DNA of 62,831 bases, taken from positions 1-62,831 of IMG/VR virus record IMGVR_UViG_3300025598_000039. One strand, written 5' to 3'. Positions 31,829 through 41,995 of this stretch are shown here, piece after piece. The notes beneath the pieces are model-generated. The model was given only the letters and a program-made list of their open reading frames with translations. It was not told the origin of the DNA and did not search any database. This stretch comes from a virus (taxonomy: Duplodnaviria > Caudoviricetes). Positions within the stretch are counted from its first letter, which is position 1, and each line of letters opens with the position of its first letter. A program made the position numbers and the translations under genes.

Positions 31829-32518
31829 ATGTCAGTAACATTAACTGAAAATAGTATAATTTACAGCGATGGAACAGCACAAAATACAAGTTTTCGTGCA
31901 GGAAAAGACACAGGCCGATTATTAAATGTTCAAACTTTTACAAGCAGTGGAACATGGACTAAGCCAACAGGTGCTACCAAAGCTGTAGTAAAGTTGGTGG
32001 GAGGAGGAGGCGGTGGCGCAGGTTATTGCGAAAGCGGTGCTGCTGGCGGTTATTGTGAGGGAGTGCTTGATGTAACTTCTCTAACATCTGTTTCTGTTAC
32101 TATTGGTAGCGGAGGTGGTGGTGTAAACTATTATGCTGGTGGAGGCAGTGGAGGAACTACAAGTTTTGGTAGTTATTTTACAGCATCAGGTGGCGGCGGT
32201 GCTAACACATATTATCAACATAGCGGTGGTCATGGTGGTATTGGTAGTGGAGGCGCAGTAAATATATTGGGTGGCGCAGGCACAGGACATACAAATAGCG
32301 TGGGACATTTTCCTGGTGGAAAAGGTGGCGGTAGTTATTTTGGAAGTGGTAGTATTTTTATTAGAAATCACAGTAATTTAAGTAGTAGTTATATGGGAAA
32401 ACCATATAACGGTGCAGCAGGCGCAGGTGGGCCTGGTGGATTAGCAAATGGAACACAAGGCAGTAATACTGGTTACAACGGCGAAAACGGTGTAGTTATA
32501 GTTTATTCATATCAATAG
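31829..32518 (+). CDS. Gly-rich domain virion protein
   Basis: FTSSGTWTKP..LVGGGGGGAGYCESGA. Confidence 0.72.
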   Translation: MSVTLTENSIIYSDGTAQNTSFRAGKDTGRLLNVQTFTSSGTWTKPTGATKAVVKLVGGGGGGAGYCESGAAGGYCEGVLDVTSLTSVSVTIGSGGGGVNYYAGGGSGGTTSFGSYFTASGGGGANTYYQHSGGHGGIGSGGAVNILGGAGTGHTNSVGHFPGGKGGGSYFGSGSIFIRNHSNLSSSYMGKPYNGAAGAGGPGGLANGTQGSNTGYNGENGVVIVYSYQ

Positions 32519-32528
32519 GAGAATACAA

Positions 32529-32945
32529 ATGTTAAAAGCATTATTACACAATCAAGAACCAGGTCGTATCTGTGAAGTAGTGCAACCAGGTCAAGAATTT
32601 GAAGTTCATTCAAATTTTCAGTGGGTAGATGTTCCTGATGGAACAACACATATGGATATTTGGGATACAGAAAATAACATAGTTATAAAATATGATCCAC
32701 TTTCTGTTCCAGGTTTTGCTCAGAATGCTTATCGTGTTGCTCGTGGAATAGCGTATAAATCACCTGGTGATCAGCTTGATATGCTTTATCATGAATTAGT
32801 GGCAAATGGCAGTATTTCAACTGATGGTGCGTGGTTTCAACATATAACTGGTGTAAAAAGCGCAATTCCAAAAGATGATCCAGCAAAGGTTCATCAGTGG
32901 AACTTAGACTATGCAGCCATGATGTCAAATTCTTCACCTCAATAA
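32529..32945 (+). CDS. Probable tail fibre assembly/chaperone protein
   Basis: YRVAR..AY...GDQLDMLYH..W..HI..VK..PK pattern. Confidence 0.5.
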   Translation: MLKALLHNQEPGRICEVVQPGQEFEVHSNFQWVDVPDGTTHMDIWDTENNIVIKYDPLSVPGFAQNAYRVARGIAYKSPGDQLDMLYHELVANGSISTDGAWFQHITGVKSAIPKDDPAKVHQWNLDYAAMMSNSSPQ

Positions 32946-32963
32946 TTGTGCCATAAGTAAAAT

Positions 32964-34193
32964 ATGAATTTTAATCGTCGCTTTAGTATAGGTCATTATG
33001 ATAGGTTTCATGGTGTGTATGCATCTATGTTTTATAATTTGATGCGAAATGCTTCACCAAAGTTTTTAGAAAATATACATGACATTTATTTTGGAAAATA
33101 TTTTTGTTATGAATATAATGGTCAATCAAAACGTTGTGGAAACCCTATGGGTGTTGAAGCAAGTGATGAGCAAGTTGATTATTTGTTTAAGTTACAAGAA
33201 GAAACTGGCGTAGAAATAAGTTTAACGTTTAATACAGTTGAAGTTCCGCACGAAGTTGCTTTTGATCCAACAATAACACAACAATTCGTTGAATGGATTG
33301 GAAGTTATTATGATCGTGGGCTACGTAGTTGCACTATGAGTAGCGAACATATAATGAGAAGTGGTTGGTTACAAGAACGTTGTCCTGAAATGCGTTGGAA
33401 AAGCACTGTGAATCAAATTGTAAGTGATGCTCAGCAATTTGTAGATTATGCATATCTTGGATATAATACAATATTACTTGATCGCAGTTTAAATCGTAAT
33501 ATTAAAGAACTTAAAAAAATACGTAAGGCGCAAAATTATCTTAATTCACTTAACCCTAAAAAGAAATTACTTACAAGTTTGTTAGTAAGTGAAGGCTGCA
33601 TTTACCATTGTCCTTTTAAAAAAGAACATGATAGCGTTGGTGAAGTTATAAGCACAGAATACTTTAGCGGACCAGCACATTTAACATGTCATGGTTGGCG
33701 AGGAAAGGTTGAATTTGCTGAACTGCCAAGATCAGGAATTAATATTATTAGTAATAATAGCGATACGTTCTTAAAATTTGCTGATTTAGTAGATATTTTT
33801 AAATTTAGTGGTAGACTAACTAAACCTATGCAGAAACCAGAGGATGCGCAATATATTCGTGCAGTATGGTATTATGATAACAGAACAAAATTTGGGCAGC
33901 GAGTTAGTTACAAAGATGAAACAGTATATGCTGACAGTTTTGAGGAAATTATAGAAAACAATTTGGCTCCTATCCATGATTGGATACCTGGTTGGATTGA
34001 TATTAGACATACAGAAAATAATTGGGAAAAATCTTACAAAACTTATACTGGTATTTGGAGCACAGAAAACGGAAATCGTTTAGAAAAGATTTTAACAAGT
34101 TGTAAAAACCAATGTTGGGACTGTCATGAATGTGAGAGGACTTTTGGTATGCAAGATATAGATAGCGCACTACAATTACGAAAGGTTTTTTAA
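32964..34193 (+). CDS. Peptidase U32-family-like Fe-S protein
   Basis: LLDRSLNRN..LLVSEGCIYHCPF...H, DIFKFSGR, C-terminal CKNQCWDCHEC. Confidence 0.7.
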   Translation: MNFNRRFSIGHYDRFHGVYASMFYNLMRNASPKFLENIHDIYFGKYFCYEYNGQSKRCGNPMGVEASDEQVDYLFKLQEETGVEISLTFNTVEVPHEVAFDPTITQQFVEWIGSYYDRGLRSCTMSSEHIMRSGWLQERCPEMRWKSTVNQIVSDAQQFVDYAYLGYNTILLDRSLNRNIKELKKIRKAQNYLNSLNPKKKLLTSLLVSEGCIYHCPFKKEHDSVGEVISTEYFSGPAHLTCHGWRGKVEFAELPRSGINIISNNSDTFLKFADLVDIFKFSGRLTKPMQKPEDAQYIRAVWYYDNRTKFGQRVSYKDETVYADSFEEIIENNLAPIHDWIPGWIDIRHTENNWEKSYKTYTGIWSTENGNRLEKILTSCKNQCWDCHECERTFGMQDIDSALQLRKVF

Positions 34194-34777
34194 TGGATGA
34201 TATTTTAATCGTAGATAATTTGTTACCAGATGGATATGCAAATGACCTTGAACTTGATATTGTAAGAAAAGGGTTTACTTGGGCTTATGTAGACGATGTA
34301 ACTTATGGTGATACAGATGGAACACCTGGTTTAACGCATGTTTTGTATGACATGGAAAATAGAATTACTAGTGAATTTTATCCATTTTTTAAACCAATAG
34401 TTTATAGTATAGAAAAAGCAAGTGGAAAAGCAATTAATACCTTATTACGTATGAGAATTGGTCTAATAAACAGAGTTGATAAAACAACATCTATCATCAA
34501 CGAACCACATGTTGATTTCTTTTATCAACATGTAACAGCATGTTATTATATTTGTGATGCAGATGGCGATACAGTGTGTTATGATCAAACGTGGTCAGAG
34601 GATATTGGTTTCGATCATAGAAAGACATTAGAAACTACTAATTTTACGATTGCAGAACGTTGCACTCCAAAGAAAAATAGATTATTTGTATTTGATGGTA
34701 AATATTACCACAGCAGTAGCACTCCTACAACTTATAATAAAAGAATAGTTTTAACAGTTAACTATATACCAGTATGA
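34193..34777 (+). CDS. 2OG-Fe(II) oxygenase
   Basis: PHVD..YYHSS..RIVLTVN facial triad and 2OG-binding Arg. Confidence 0.8.
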   Translation: MDDILIVDNLLPDGYANDLELDIVRKGFTWAYVDDVTYGDTDGTPGLTHVLYDMENRITSEFYPFFKPIVYSIEKASGKAINTLLRMRIGLINRVDKTTSIINEPHVDFFYQHVTACYYICDADGDTVCYDQTWSEDIGFDHRKTLETTNFTIAERCTPKKNRLFVFDGKYYHSSSTPTTYNKRIVLTVNYIPV

Positions 34778-36387
34778 GCAGACATATCAAATCAATTTGT
34801 ATTGTAGGTGGTGGAAGCAGCGGTTGGATGACCGCAGCAGCAATTGCTAAGCAACTTCCAAATATTAAATTAACTCTTGTAGAATCTCCAAACATTTCAA
34901 CGATTGGTGTTGGTGAATCGACACTTGGGCATATAAATCAGTATTTTCATTTTATTGGTTTAAAAGATGAAGATTGGATGCCTCACTGTAATGCAACATA
35001 CAAAACAAGTATAAAATTTATAGATTTTCGTGAAAATCCAACTAAAAAACCACATATGTTCCATTACCCATTTGGTATATTTGATGTTAGTGAAAAACCT
35101 CGTGGATTAATGGATTGGTTTTTAATTCGTGCAAATAATCCAAATATTGATCCAAGCAACTTTGCTGAATTTTTTCATGATAGTATTTTAATGACTGATA
35201 AAACTAAAATGACTAAAAACGAAAATGGAAAAATTCGTGGATTTCGTCACTGGTTAGATACTGCATATCATATGGATGCAACTGCATTCGGAATATATCT
35301 GCGTGATCACGTATGTTTGCCAAGCGGCATGACACATATTAAAGATAACGTAACTGGATTTTCTAAAACTGATGATGGTGATATAAGTGCAATTCAAACC
35401 GAAAATAGCGGTGATTTAATTGCAGATTTGTATATTGATTGCACAGGTTTTAAGAGCATGCTGCTTGAAAACGCAATGGGCGTAGAGTTTCAAAGTTTTG
35501 GTGATACTCTTTTTAACGACCGTGCTATTGCAACAATTATTCCTTATATTGATAAAGATAAGGAAATGGAAAATTATACCAGTTGCACAGCAATTGAATG
35601 TGGGTGGGTATGGAATATTCCACTGTTTAACCGAATTGGAACTGGTTATGTTTATAGTAGCAAGTATGCAACTGAAGCAGAAGCCGAAGCACAGTTTCGT
35701 AAACATTTAGCAAGTAACCGTATGGTTTATCCAGAAGCAAAACGTGCCGAACAAGCAGAACTTAGACATATTAAAATTCGTCATGGTGTGCATGCTCGTG
35801 CATGGGAACGAAACGTTGTTGGTATTGGTTTATCAAATGGATTTATTGAACCACTTGAGTCAACAGGTTTAATGCTTACTCACGAAGCCATTATTAAAAT
35901 GGTAAACGCATTAAAACAGCGTAATGGTGTTGTTAGTAAATTTGATGTTGATATGTTTAATCATGCACTTCAAGAACAGATTACAGGATTTAAAGATTTT
36001 GTCAGTGAACATTATGCTTTAAGTATGCGTGATGATACACCATATTGGAAAGCAGTAACAAGCAATAGTTTTAGTCCCGAAATGAATAAAATGGAACCAA
36101 AACTTTACAATGGTTATATTGAACTTGCACTACAAACTCATCGTGAACGTAGAATGCAGACTACTGGTATTGGTGGAATAGTTTATATCTATGCGGGTAT
36201 GGGGTTAAATCCAATTGATTCAACTCATAGTGATTTCTTAGATAGACAATATGGCGAACCATTGAATTATCGCGAAGATGTTTATAACAAGTGGTTAGAA
36301 CATCGTGATGAAGTGTTGGCATATATTGAAACATTACCAACGCATTACAAATATCTTAAAGATAATATACATATCGGTAGAAAGTAA
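34774..36387 (+). CDS. Flavin-dependent halogenase (tryptophan halogenase family)
   Basis: GGGSSG FAD motif, IGVGEST, Lys in ATYKTSIKF, WVWNIP, FIEPLESTG. Confidence 0.9.
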   Translation: MSRHIKSICIVGGGSSGWMTAAAIAKQLPNIKLTLVESPNISTIGVGESTLGHINQYFHFIGLKDEDWMPHCNATYKTSIKFIDFRENPTKKPHMFHYPFGIFDVSEKPRGLMDWFLIRANNPNIDPSNFAEFFHDSILMTDKTKMTKNENGKIRGFRHWLDTAYHMDATAFGIYLRDHVCLPSGMTHIKDNVTGFSKTDDGDISAIQTENSGDLIADLYIDCTGFKSMLLENAMGVEFQSFGDTLFNDRAIATIIPYIDKDKEMENYTSCTAIECGWVWNIPLFNRIGTGYVYSSKYATEAEAEAQFRKHLASNRMVYPEAKRAEQAELRHIKIRHGVHARAWERNVVGIGLSNGFIEPLESTGLMLTHEAIIKMVNALKQRNGVVSKFDVDMFNHALQEQITGFKDFVSEHYALSMRDDTPYWKAVTSNSFSPEMNKMEPKLYNGYIELALQTHRERRMQTTGIGGIVYIYAGMGLNPIDSTHSDFLDRQYGEPLNYREDVYNKWLEHRDEVLAYIETLPTHYKYLKDNIHIGRK

Positions 36388-36423
36388 TATTTTTTCCTAT
36401 AAATATTTTTATCGGAGTAATAA

Positions 36424-36669
36424 ATGACAAAATATACATTAACTTGGCATGGAACACTCATAGATAATGAAAACGGATGGCATATTCCACAAGATGTGCA
36501 TAATCGTCATTTCGTAGAATATGCAACTTGGAAGGCAAGTGGTAATTATCCAGATTTTGAACTTGAAAACTATGAACTTGATGCAGAAAGCAATCGTTAT
36601 GTTTCAACACAACTTAGCCAAGAAAAATATAATCTTGCAGACTTCCCAAGCGAAATCCCAATACTATAA
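36424..36669 (+). CDS. Small phage protein
   Basis: Late promoter and SD; IP.D..NR.F.EY..W...GN pattern. Confidence 0.55.
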   Translation: MTKYTLTWHGTLIDNENGWHIPQDVHNRHFVEYATWKASGNYPDFELENYELDAESNRYVSTQLSQEKYNLADFPSEIPIL

Positions 36670-36677
36670 ATAATTGT

Positions 36678-37382
36678 ATGCCGCTATTACAAAAACCGAT
36701 TTACCGTAGAAATTATACAGGCGAACCTGTTACATATGTGCAAGATGAGCAATTACAATCATTACTTGTGAAACCTAGAGATTTTCCATTTGATCGTGAT
36801 GTAAGTAGTGCTATCGTATTAGGAAATGGTATCAGTCGCTTAGAACCTGATGTGCAGTTATTATTAAATCAAAATAATATTAGAGTTGCAGAAGGTTATA
36901 AAACAACCTATGCCTGTAACGCTGCTTATCGTGACACGCCTGCTGATTATTACATATGGAAAACCAATATTTTCTTTGCAGATAGCGCGCCAATAGATTA
37001 TACAAAAGTTTTTTTACCAAATGATTTATGGTTAGCATATCGCAATTGTAACTTAATTCCTAACATTTGGTATATGGATAGTGGCAGCACTGCTGCTTAC
37101 TTGGCAGCATTTGATGGCGCAAAAAAGGTATTTTTATTTGGTTTTGATGGCAGCGATGATGCGCATTTCAACATTTATAACGGCACTCTTGGCTATGAAA
37201 CTAATGATTTTGGATTTCAAAAACACATAGCACATTTAACAAATGTAGTTTACACATACAGTAATGTGCAGTTTTATAGAGTACGTAATTTACACACGTA
37301 TGACTTTAGTCAAGAACTTTACAATTTACCAAACTTTCATGAAATAAGTGTGCGTGGTGCAATACTAGAAGGCGATTTCTAA
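36678..37382 (+). CDS. Glycosyltransferase-like (sialyltransferase/Maf-like fold) protein
   Basis: AIVLGNGISR..YACN..DSGSTAAYLA..VFLFGFD. Confidence 0.55.
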   Translation: MPLLQKPIYRRNYTGEPVTYVQDEQLQSLLVKPRDFPFDRDVSSAIVLGNGISRLEPDVQLLLNQNNIRVAEGYKTTYACNAAYRDTPADYYIWKTNIFFADSAPIDYTKVFLPNDLWLAYRNCNLIPNIWYMDSGSTAAYLAAFDGAKKVFLFGFDGSDDAHFNIYNGTLGYETNDFGFQKHIAHLTNVVYTYSNVQFYRVRNLHTYDFSQELYNLPNFHEISVRGAILEGDF

Positions 37383-37841
37383 TATATTTTTTATAGTAGA
37401 TAGTTTGTCTTTTATTACTTTATTTTGCAAACTACGATATAAACCAGGATGCAGCGGTTTTGGTGGATTATCTAATTTACACCACGCAAATCCTTTATGT
37501 TCTTTTGAAAGTGTTGGTATAAATTCAGTTGGAACAATTACAGCAAATGTATGATAATTAAAATGTCCATCGGGTGATTGAAAATATTCTATAGGCAAAA
37601 CTTTTAAGATTGTAGGTTCAAAACCTATTTCCTCTTTAATTTCTCTAATCAACCCACCATAGAGTGTTTCGTTTGACTCAAGTTTACCACCAACAAGTGA
37701 CCAAGTGTTACTATATGTATCTTGATCACGTAATAAAAAAAGTGCACACTCGCTACTAACACTTATAAAGAGTGCGCCTACTGCTGTTAAATCACGGTTT
37801 ATAACTGTCTTTTTATTTTTCATACAAGTAGAATAACACAC
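37365..37841 (-). CDS. NUDIX hydrolase (true start probably near 37823)
   Basis: GGKLESNETLYGGLIREIKEEIG Nudix box. Confidence 0.88.
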   Translation of the reverse strand: MCYSTCMKNKKTVINRDLTAVGALFISVSSECALFLLRDQDTYSNTWSLVGGKLESNETLYGGLIREIKEEIGFEPTILKVLPIEYFQSPDGHFNYHTFAVIVPTEFIPTLSKEHKGFAWCKLDNPPKPLHPGLYRSLQNKVIKDKLSTIKNILEIAF

Positions 37842-37854
37842 AAGTTGTGCACAA

Positions 37855-39243
37855 TCAAATTACTATTGACCAAAAACCACCACTATATGAACCTTCCCAA
37901 CTTTTTACCCAACTGCTGCCATTCCATGCATATTGGTGTGAACTAAACGTGTTAGTAACATAACTTGCATTACTTATTGCGTTAGGACGATATGAAACTA
38001 TCCAAGCATTACCTGTATATTGAATGATATCATTTGGTTGTGCTTGCGTAATAGATGTATTTGCATTCTGCCAAGCAGCAGCACCGTTGCCTAGTGTCGC
38101 GCCGCCAAGTGAATTTACTACCAAATAACGCTGACCAATTGATGCTGCTGGCAATCCTATGCCTGGTCCATTTACTCTAGGATCAACAATAGCATTTACA
38201 CTAGGAAGTATATTTGTTGGTATTGTTGCTGAATCAACAGTAAATTTTAAATTATATTCGTTTGTAGGATCATAAGCAACAGTTCCAGTTACTAAACGTT
38301 CTGTTGTACTATTTGTCAAATACATCATGCTATAATTGTTAGCAATATTTCCAAATAAGTTTATTACTGGTGCCCAAGCAATTGCATTAGCATTTGTTGA
38401 TGGTATATTATAGTTTGTATTGTTTAATAGTGGTCCACCTTGTGGATACAAACTTACATTACTGCCATTAACAATTACACCATAACCAGTCGGTGTAAAA
38501 TATTGTCGTGTTCCTATTTGGTTTATGGCTTCTTCTAGTGCTAATTGTGGATTACCTTGCGCATCATATGTTGTAGCAACTATACTAGAAATACTAGCAA
38601 GACGTTGAATTTTTGCTGGCGTGCTCATCCATATAGGCATTTCAAAAGTAAGGGTTGCTACATCAATAGGATCATCTGCACCAATAGGAATATCACGTGT
38701 TGTCCATTTTGTATTTGTTAATATAACATAACTTAAACTAGTCCAATCAAAGTAATTGCTCGTGCTTTGTAATTCCATGTCAGGATTGAACATACAAGTA
38801 ATTTGTTCCCATAGCGATGCTTTTTGATCAAAATTACTAGTCCATAATTCCATGACAACAGTTAAGCGATAAGGTGCTGGCATTAGTCTTTGTAGTGTAT
38901 AGTTTTGTCCTTGTTGAGTAGTAACATTACCAGTTAATGGATCAACTGCACGTGTTCGCACACTTTTACTATCAACAAATTTTGGTTCTTGTATGCGTTG
39001 TCTATCATAATCAACTTCTTTAATATAACATACCATCATGGGAACATTAAGAGTTGTTACATCGCTGTTGTTTTTAAGTATGCTACTAACCACACGATTT
39101 GTATCAGCATAACGAACAGGAACACGTTTTAATATAGGATTTCCCGTAGTATCTTTACCAAATTCAACATACATTTCATCAAATATTCTTATGAATTGAT
39201 TTAAGAATCTGCGAATTTGCTTATCGTAAAAATATTGACCCAC
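37855..39243 (-). CDS. Tail sheath stabiliser/terminator (T4 gp15-like) with C-terminal extension
   Basis: YFYDKQIRRF..RVPVRY..MPAPY..EQI..FNP. Confidence 0.75.
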   Translation of the reverse strand: MGQYFYDKQIRRFLNQFIRIFDEMYVEFGKDTTGNPILKRVPVRYADTNRVVSSILKNNSDVTTLNVPMMVCYIKEVDYDRQRIQEPKFVDSKSVRTRAVDPLTGNVTTQQGQNYTLQRLMPAPYRLTVVMELWTSNFDQKASLWEQITCMFNPDMELQSTSNYFDWTSLSYVILTNTKWTTRDIPIGADDPIDVATLTFEMPIWMSTPAKIQRLASISSIVATTYDAQGNPQLALEEAINQIGTRQYFTPTGYGVIVNGSNVSLYPQGGPLLNNTNYNIPSTNANAIAWAPVINLFGNIANNYSMMYLTNSTTERLVTGTVAYDPTNEYNLKFTVDSATIPTNILPSVNAIVDPRVNGPGIGLPAASIGQRYLVVNSLGGATLGNGAAAWQNANTSITQAQPNDIIQYTGNAWIVSYRPNAISNASYVTNTFSSHQYAWNGSSWVKSWEGSYSGGFWSIVI

Positions 39244-39247
39244 GTTA

Positions 39248-40342
39248 TTATCCTAGATTATCAGGCGTTAAATTGAATAGATTACTTAGTGTTTGACTAC
39301 TAGGTATAGCAAAGCCGTTTGCAAGTTTTACAGTTGCGCTATTATTAATAAATGTTCCAAGTTGTGTATTACTATTTGCACCAGTAATATTTGCACGTTG
39401 AACATCTTGTATCGCTTTCCATACTACACCATCATAACGAAACAATCTTGATGGTACATAATCTGTGCGTAACACATATTGACCTACTTGTGGGTTAAGT
39501 GGAAAAGCAGTATCAACTGTGACAGGCAATCCATTTGGTGCTTGACCGTCTCCTGTTAGATAACCAGCAATAACAGTTACTGGACTAATTCCGTCAGCAG
39601 TTGGTAGTATATAAAGTGAATTTACACTATATCCACTTGTAGGTACATCGCTTTGTGCTTGTGCAATAATTGCATTATTAATATCAATATTTTTATTATA
39701 ACCACTTAAGAAATCAGCAAGTGTATTGCCAGTTGGTGTGCCATCAGCACGATATTGTTCTTCGTTAAGAATATCACTATATTCTTGGCTATCAACCATG
39801 GGCACAACTTTACAACGCCATAAATGTGGCCACCAAGTAGGACCGTAACCTTCACTACCACGTGTTGTTTCTTGAACTACATAAAATTTCTTAAGTGCAA
39901 CAGGTATAGTTGTATCAAGTGGATTGTAATCACGCAAGTGTGGCAACTCAAAAACATCGCCAGCCATAATTTTACGACCAAGACGCTCACTCATATCATT
40001 AATGTGAAATGTAATATACAACGTGTCGTTAGTAACCATCAAACCAAATTGACTCAAGTTAAAGTCATTATCTTGAATAGTATAATGTCCACGTAATGCA
40101 TAAACGTTTTTTTCATATGCACGGTCACGATTTTCCAAAAATAATAAGTCTTGAATATTTTTTTCGCTTACGGAACTATATTGTGGTTGAGTATAATCGT
40201 TTGATTGACCTTGATCTTTTGGACCAAGATATTTGTGTACATTAATACCTACACCACCAGCAGTAAAAACTTCACGAATACGATTATCCTGAAATTTAAA
40301 ATCGTTGCTATGATTTTCACGGTATAAACTAAGTCTTGGCAT
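39248..40342 (-). CDS. Neck/head-closure protein (T4 gp14-like)
   Basis: LSQFGL..D.LYITF..GDVFELP; adjacent to the gp15-like gene. Confidence 0.65.
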   Translation of the reverse strand: MPRLSLYRENHSNDFKFQDNRIREVFTAGGVGINVHKYLGPKDQGQSNDYTQPQYSSVSEKNIQDLLFLENRDRAYEKNVYALRGHYTIQDNDFNLSQFGLMVTNDTLYITFHINDMSERLGRKIMAGDVFELPHLRDYNPLDTTIPVALKKFYVVQETTRGSEGYGPTWWPHLWRCKVVPMVDSQEYSDILNEEQYRADGTPTGNTLADFLSGYNKNIDINNAIIAQAQSDVPTSGYSVNSLYILPTADGISPVTVIAGYLTGDGQAPNGLPVTVDTAFPLNPQVGQYVLRTDYVPSRLFRYDGVVWKAIQDVQRANITGANSNTQLGTFINNSATVKLANGFAIPSSQTLSNLFNLTPDNLG

Positions 40343-40343
40343 A

Positions 40344-40379
40344 ATAATCCCTACAAGATATTTATTGTAGGGAATTATT
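40344..40379 (-). promoter_or_regulatory. Late promoter inside an RBS-sequestering hairpin
   Basis: Minus strand: TCCCTACAA-TAAATATC-TTGTAGGGA-TTATT-ATG. Confidence 0.7.
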
Positions 40380-40380
40380 G

Positions 40381-41127
40381 TTACTTTTTAGGTTTGTGAA
40401 ATACAAAGTAAAATCTGTCGCCGTTGTCTTGTTTCCAAGTCTCTAGCGTGACATTATTTTCCTCTGCAATCTTAACCGCACTAGCAAAGTCCCAATTAAA
40501 TACTTCAATCCATTCACGTGGTGGAGTATTAAATGGATTACCACGACAAAATGCACGTCCGCCTGGTGCCAACAATTCAAAACATTTTTTAAATCGTGAT
40601 GCTACCCAATCGTAATCATAAAAGTTTAGACTACCAAAGATAATCATAGCATCAAAACTTTCAGGTTTTGCAACAAAATCTAAAATATCTACCATATAGT
40701 CTGCATTAGGATTATAAGGATCAATACCAATTAAGTTTTTAATATGTGGTTTGAATTGATTAAAACCGCATCCAACATCTAGCACAGCGCGTGGATTAAG
40801 GTCATTAATTTCTTTCACAATGTTCCAACCTGTAAAACGATAGATTTCTGTGCGTGGTTTCCACATCTCACCACCCCATACACGAGTGCGATATTTTGCA
40901 TCTATATCATTTGTAAGTTCACTAATCGTGCCTTTGAACTCTAAATCAATACTATGAAAGTGCTGTGAAATTTCTTGAATAAACTTTTCATACTTTTTTG
41001 GTGTCCAAGGTAAGTCACCAAGAACTGTGTTTTGGTTGATGCTTTCACGAATCTTCTCATATTTTGGTAATTTGAAAGCATCTTTTAGATTTTTTACTAG
41101 TAGATTATAAATTTTCTGGTTCATCAT
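40381..41127 (-). CDS. Class I SAM-dependent methyltransferase with N-terminal helical (ACP-like) domain
   Basis: VLDVGCG..IGIDP..SFDA..LLAPGG. Confidence 0.8.
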   Translation of the reverse strand: MMNQKIYNLLVKNLKDAFKLPKYEKIRESINQNTVLGDLPWTPKKYEKFIQEISQHFHSIDLEFKGTISELTNDIDAKYRTRVWGGEMWKPRTEIYRFTGWNIVKEINDLNPRAVLDVGCGFNQFKPHIKNLIGIDPYNPNADYMVDILDFVAKPESFDAMIIFGSLNFYDYDWVASRFKKCFELLAPGGRAFCRGNPFNTPPREWIEVFNWDFASAVKIAEENNVTLETWKQDNGDRFYFVFHKPKK

Positions 41128-41142
41128 TTATTTATCCTAATA

Positions 41143-41173
41143 TTGACTGATTTTTTAAAACCTGTTATAAATA
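41143..41173 (+). promoter_or_regulatory. Sigma70-like promoter overlapping a late promoter
   Basis: TTGACT-N17-TATAAA, continuing as TATAAATA. Confidence 0.65.
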
Positions 41174-41257
41174 ATATTACTAACTTCTGAAAAATTTTTC
41201 AAATTCAAAAATTTTTCTAAGTAATATAAGAAAAAAAATAAAAAAAGGAAATTTTTT

Positions 41258-41995
41258 GTGAGTTCAGTCAAAAAAAATAAAAAAATCTTACTTTTAGTTG
41301 GTCCTCAAGGCAGCGGTAACCATTTATGGAGCAAAGTCTTTGCGCTACACAAGGATGTTAATGGTTGGGAAGAACTGCTAGACGAAAGTGATCCCGAAAA
41401 TTATTTGATACCACATTACCGTGAACCACATATCCATATTTGGGAAGATATTCCTGCTATTACAGAAGAAATTATGGGTGACAAAGATTATCTTGTAGTA
41501 AGTGCAAGTTTGCCATATTGGAAGAGCAATAAACTTTCAATTCCTGATATTGATGGTTTTGCAGAACATGTTCAAAAGTTAGGCATAGAAGTTATCGTTG
41601 GTGTAATTGGGCGTGATCGTAATATTCTAACTAAGCAACAAACTCGTCTGCGTGGGTCGCCTAGTTTTGGTGTTATGACACAAGTTGTGCATAGACTACT
41701 AACTGCTACACCATTTTTCTTAAGCACAGAACTGCTATATCTTTATCGCCAAAGTTATCTTGAATCACTATCCAAGTGGTTAGACTTTCCTATTGATTAT
41801 GAAAATCCACACGTAGAACACATTTTGCGTGAAGATGCAAATGCAAAATATGTAACTCACGCTGAAAATCCATTTGTAGATGCTATTGTACGTTCTCGTG
41901 GAAATAAATTGCGTGATGAAAAGAATAAAAACAATATTATAAAACTCGTAACAAATGAAAGTGTTACAGTGCAAGAAGGTAAATCAAATGAATAA
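41258..41995 (+). CDS. Sulfotransferase-like P-loop protein
   Basis: LLVGPQGSGNHLWSKVFALH (5'-PSB-like loop); VIGRD. Confidence 0.55.
   Translation: MSSVKKNKKILLLVGPQGSGNHLWSKVFALHKDVNGWEELLDESDPENYLIPHYREPHIHIWEDIPAITEEIMGDKDYLVVSASLPYWKSNKLSIPDIDGFAEHVQKLGIEVIVGVIGRDRNILTKQQTRLRGSPSFGVMTQVVHRLLTATPFFLSTELLYLYRQSYLESLSKWLDFPIDYENPHVEHILREDANAKYVTHAENPFVDAIVRSRGNKLRDEKNKNNIIKLVTNESVTVQEGKSNE

Noticed and set aside
2335-32937. Many short antisense or alternate-frame ORFs inside structural genes
   Set aside because: Shadow ORFs produced by biased codon usage, with no RBS or motifs.
41180-41257. A/T tracts with repeated AAAAATTTTTC as an origin or operator
   Set aside because: Low-complexity AT-rich intergenic sequence; not enough evidence.
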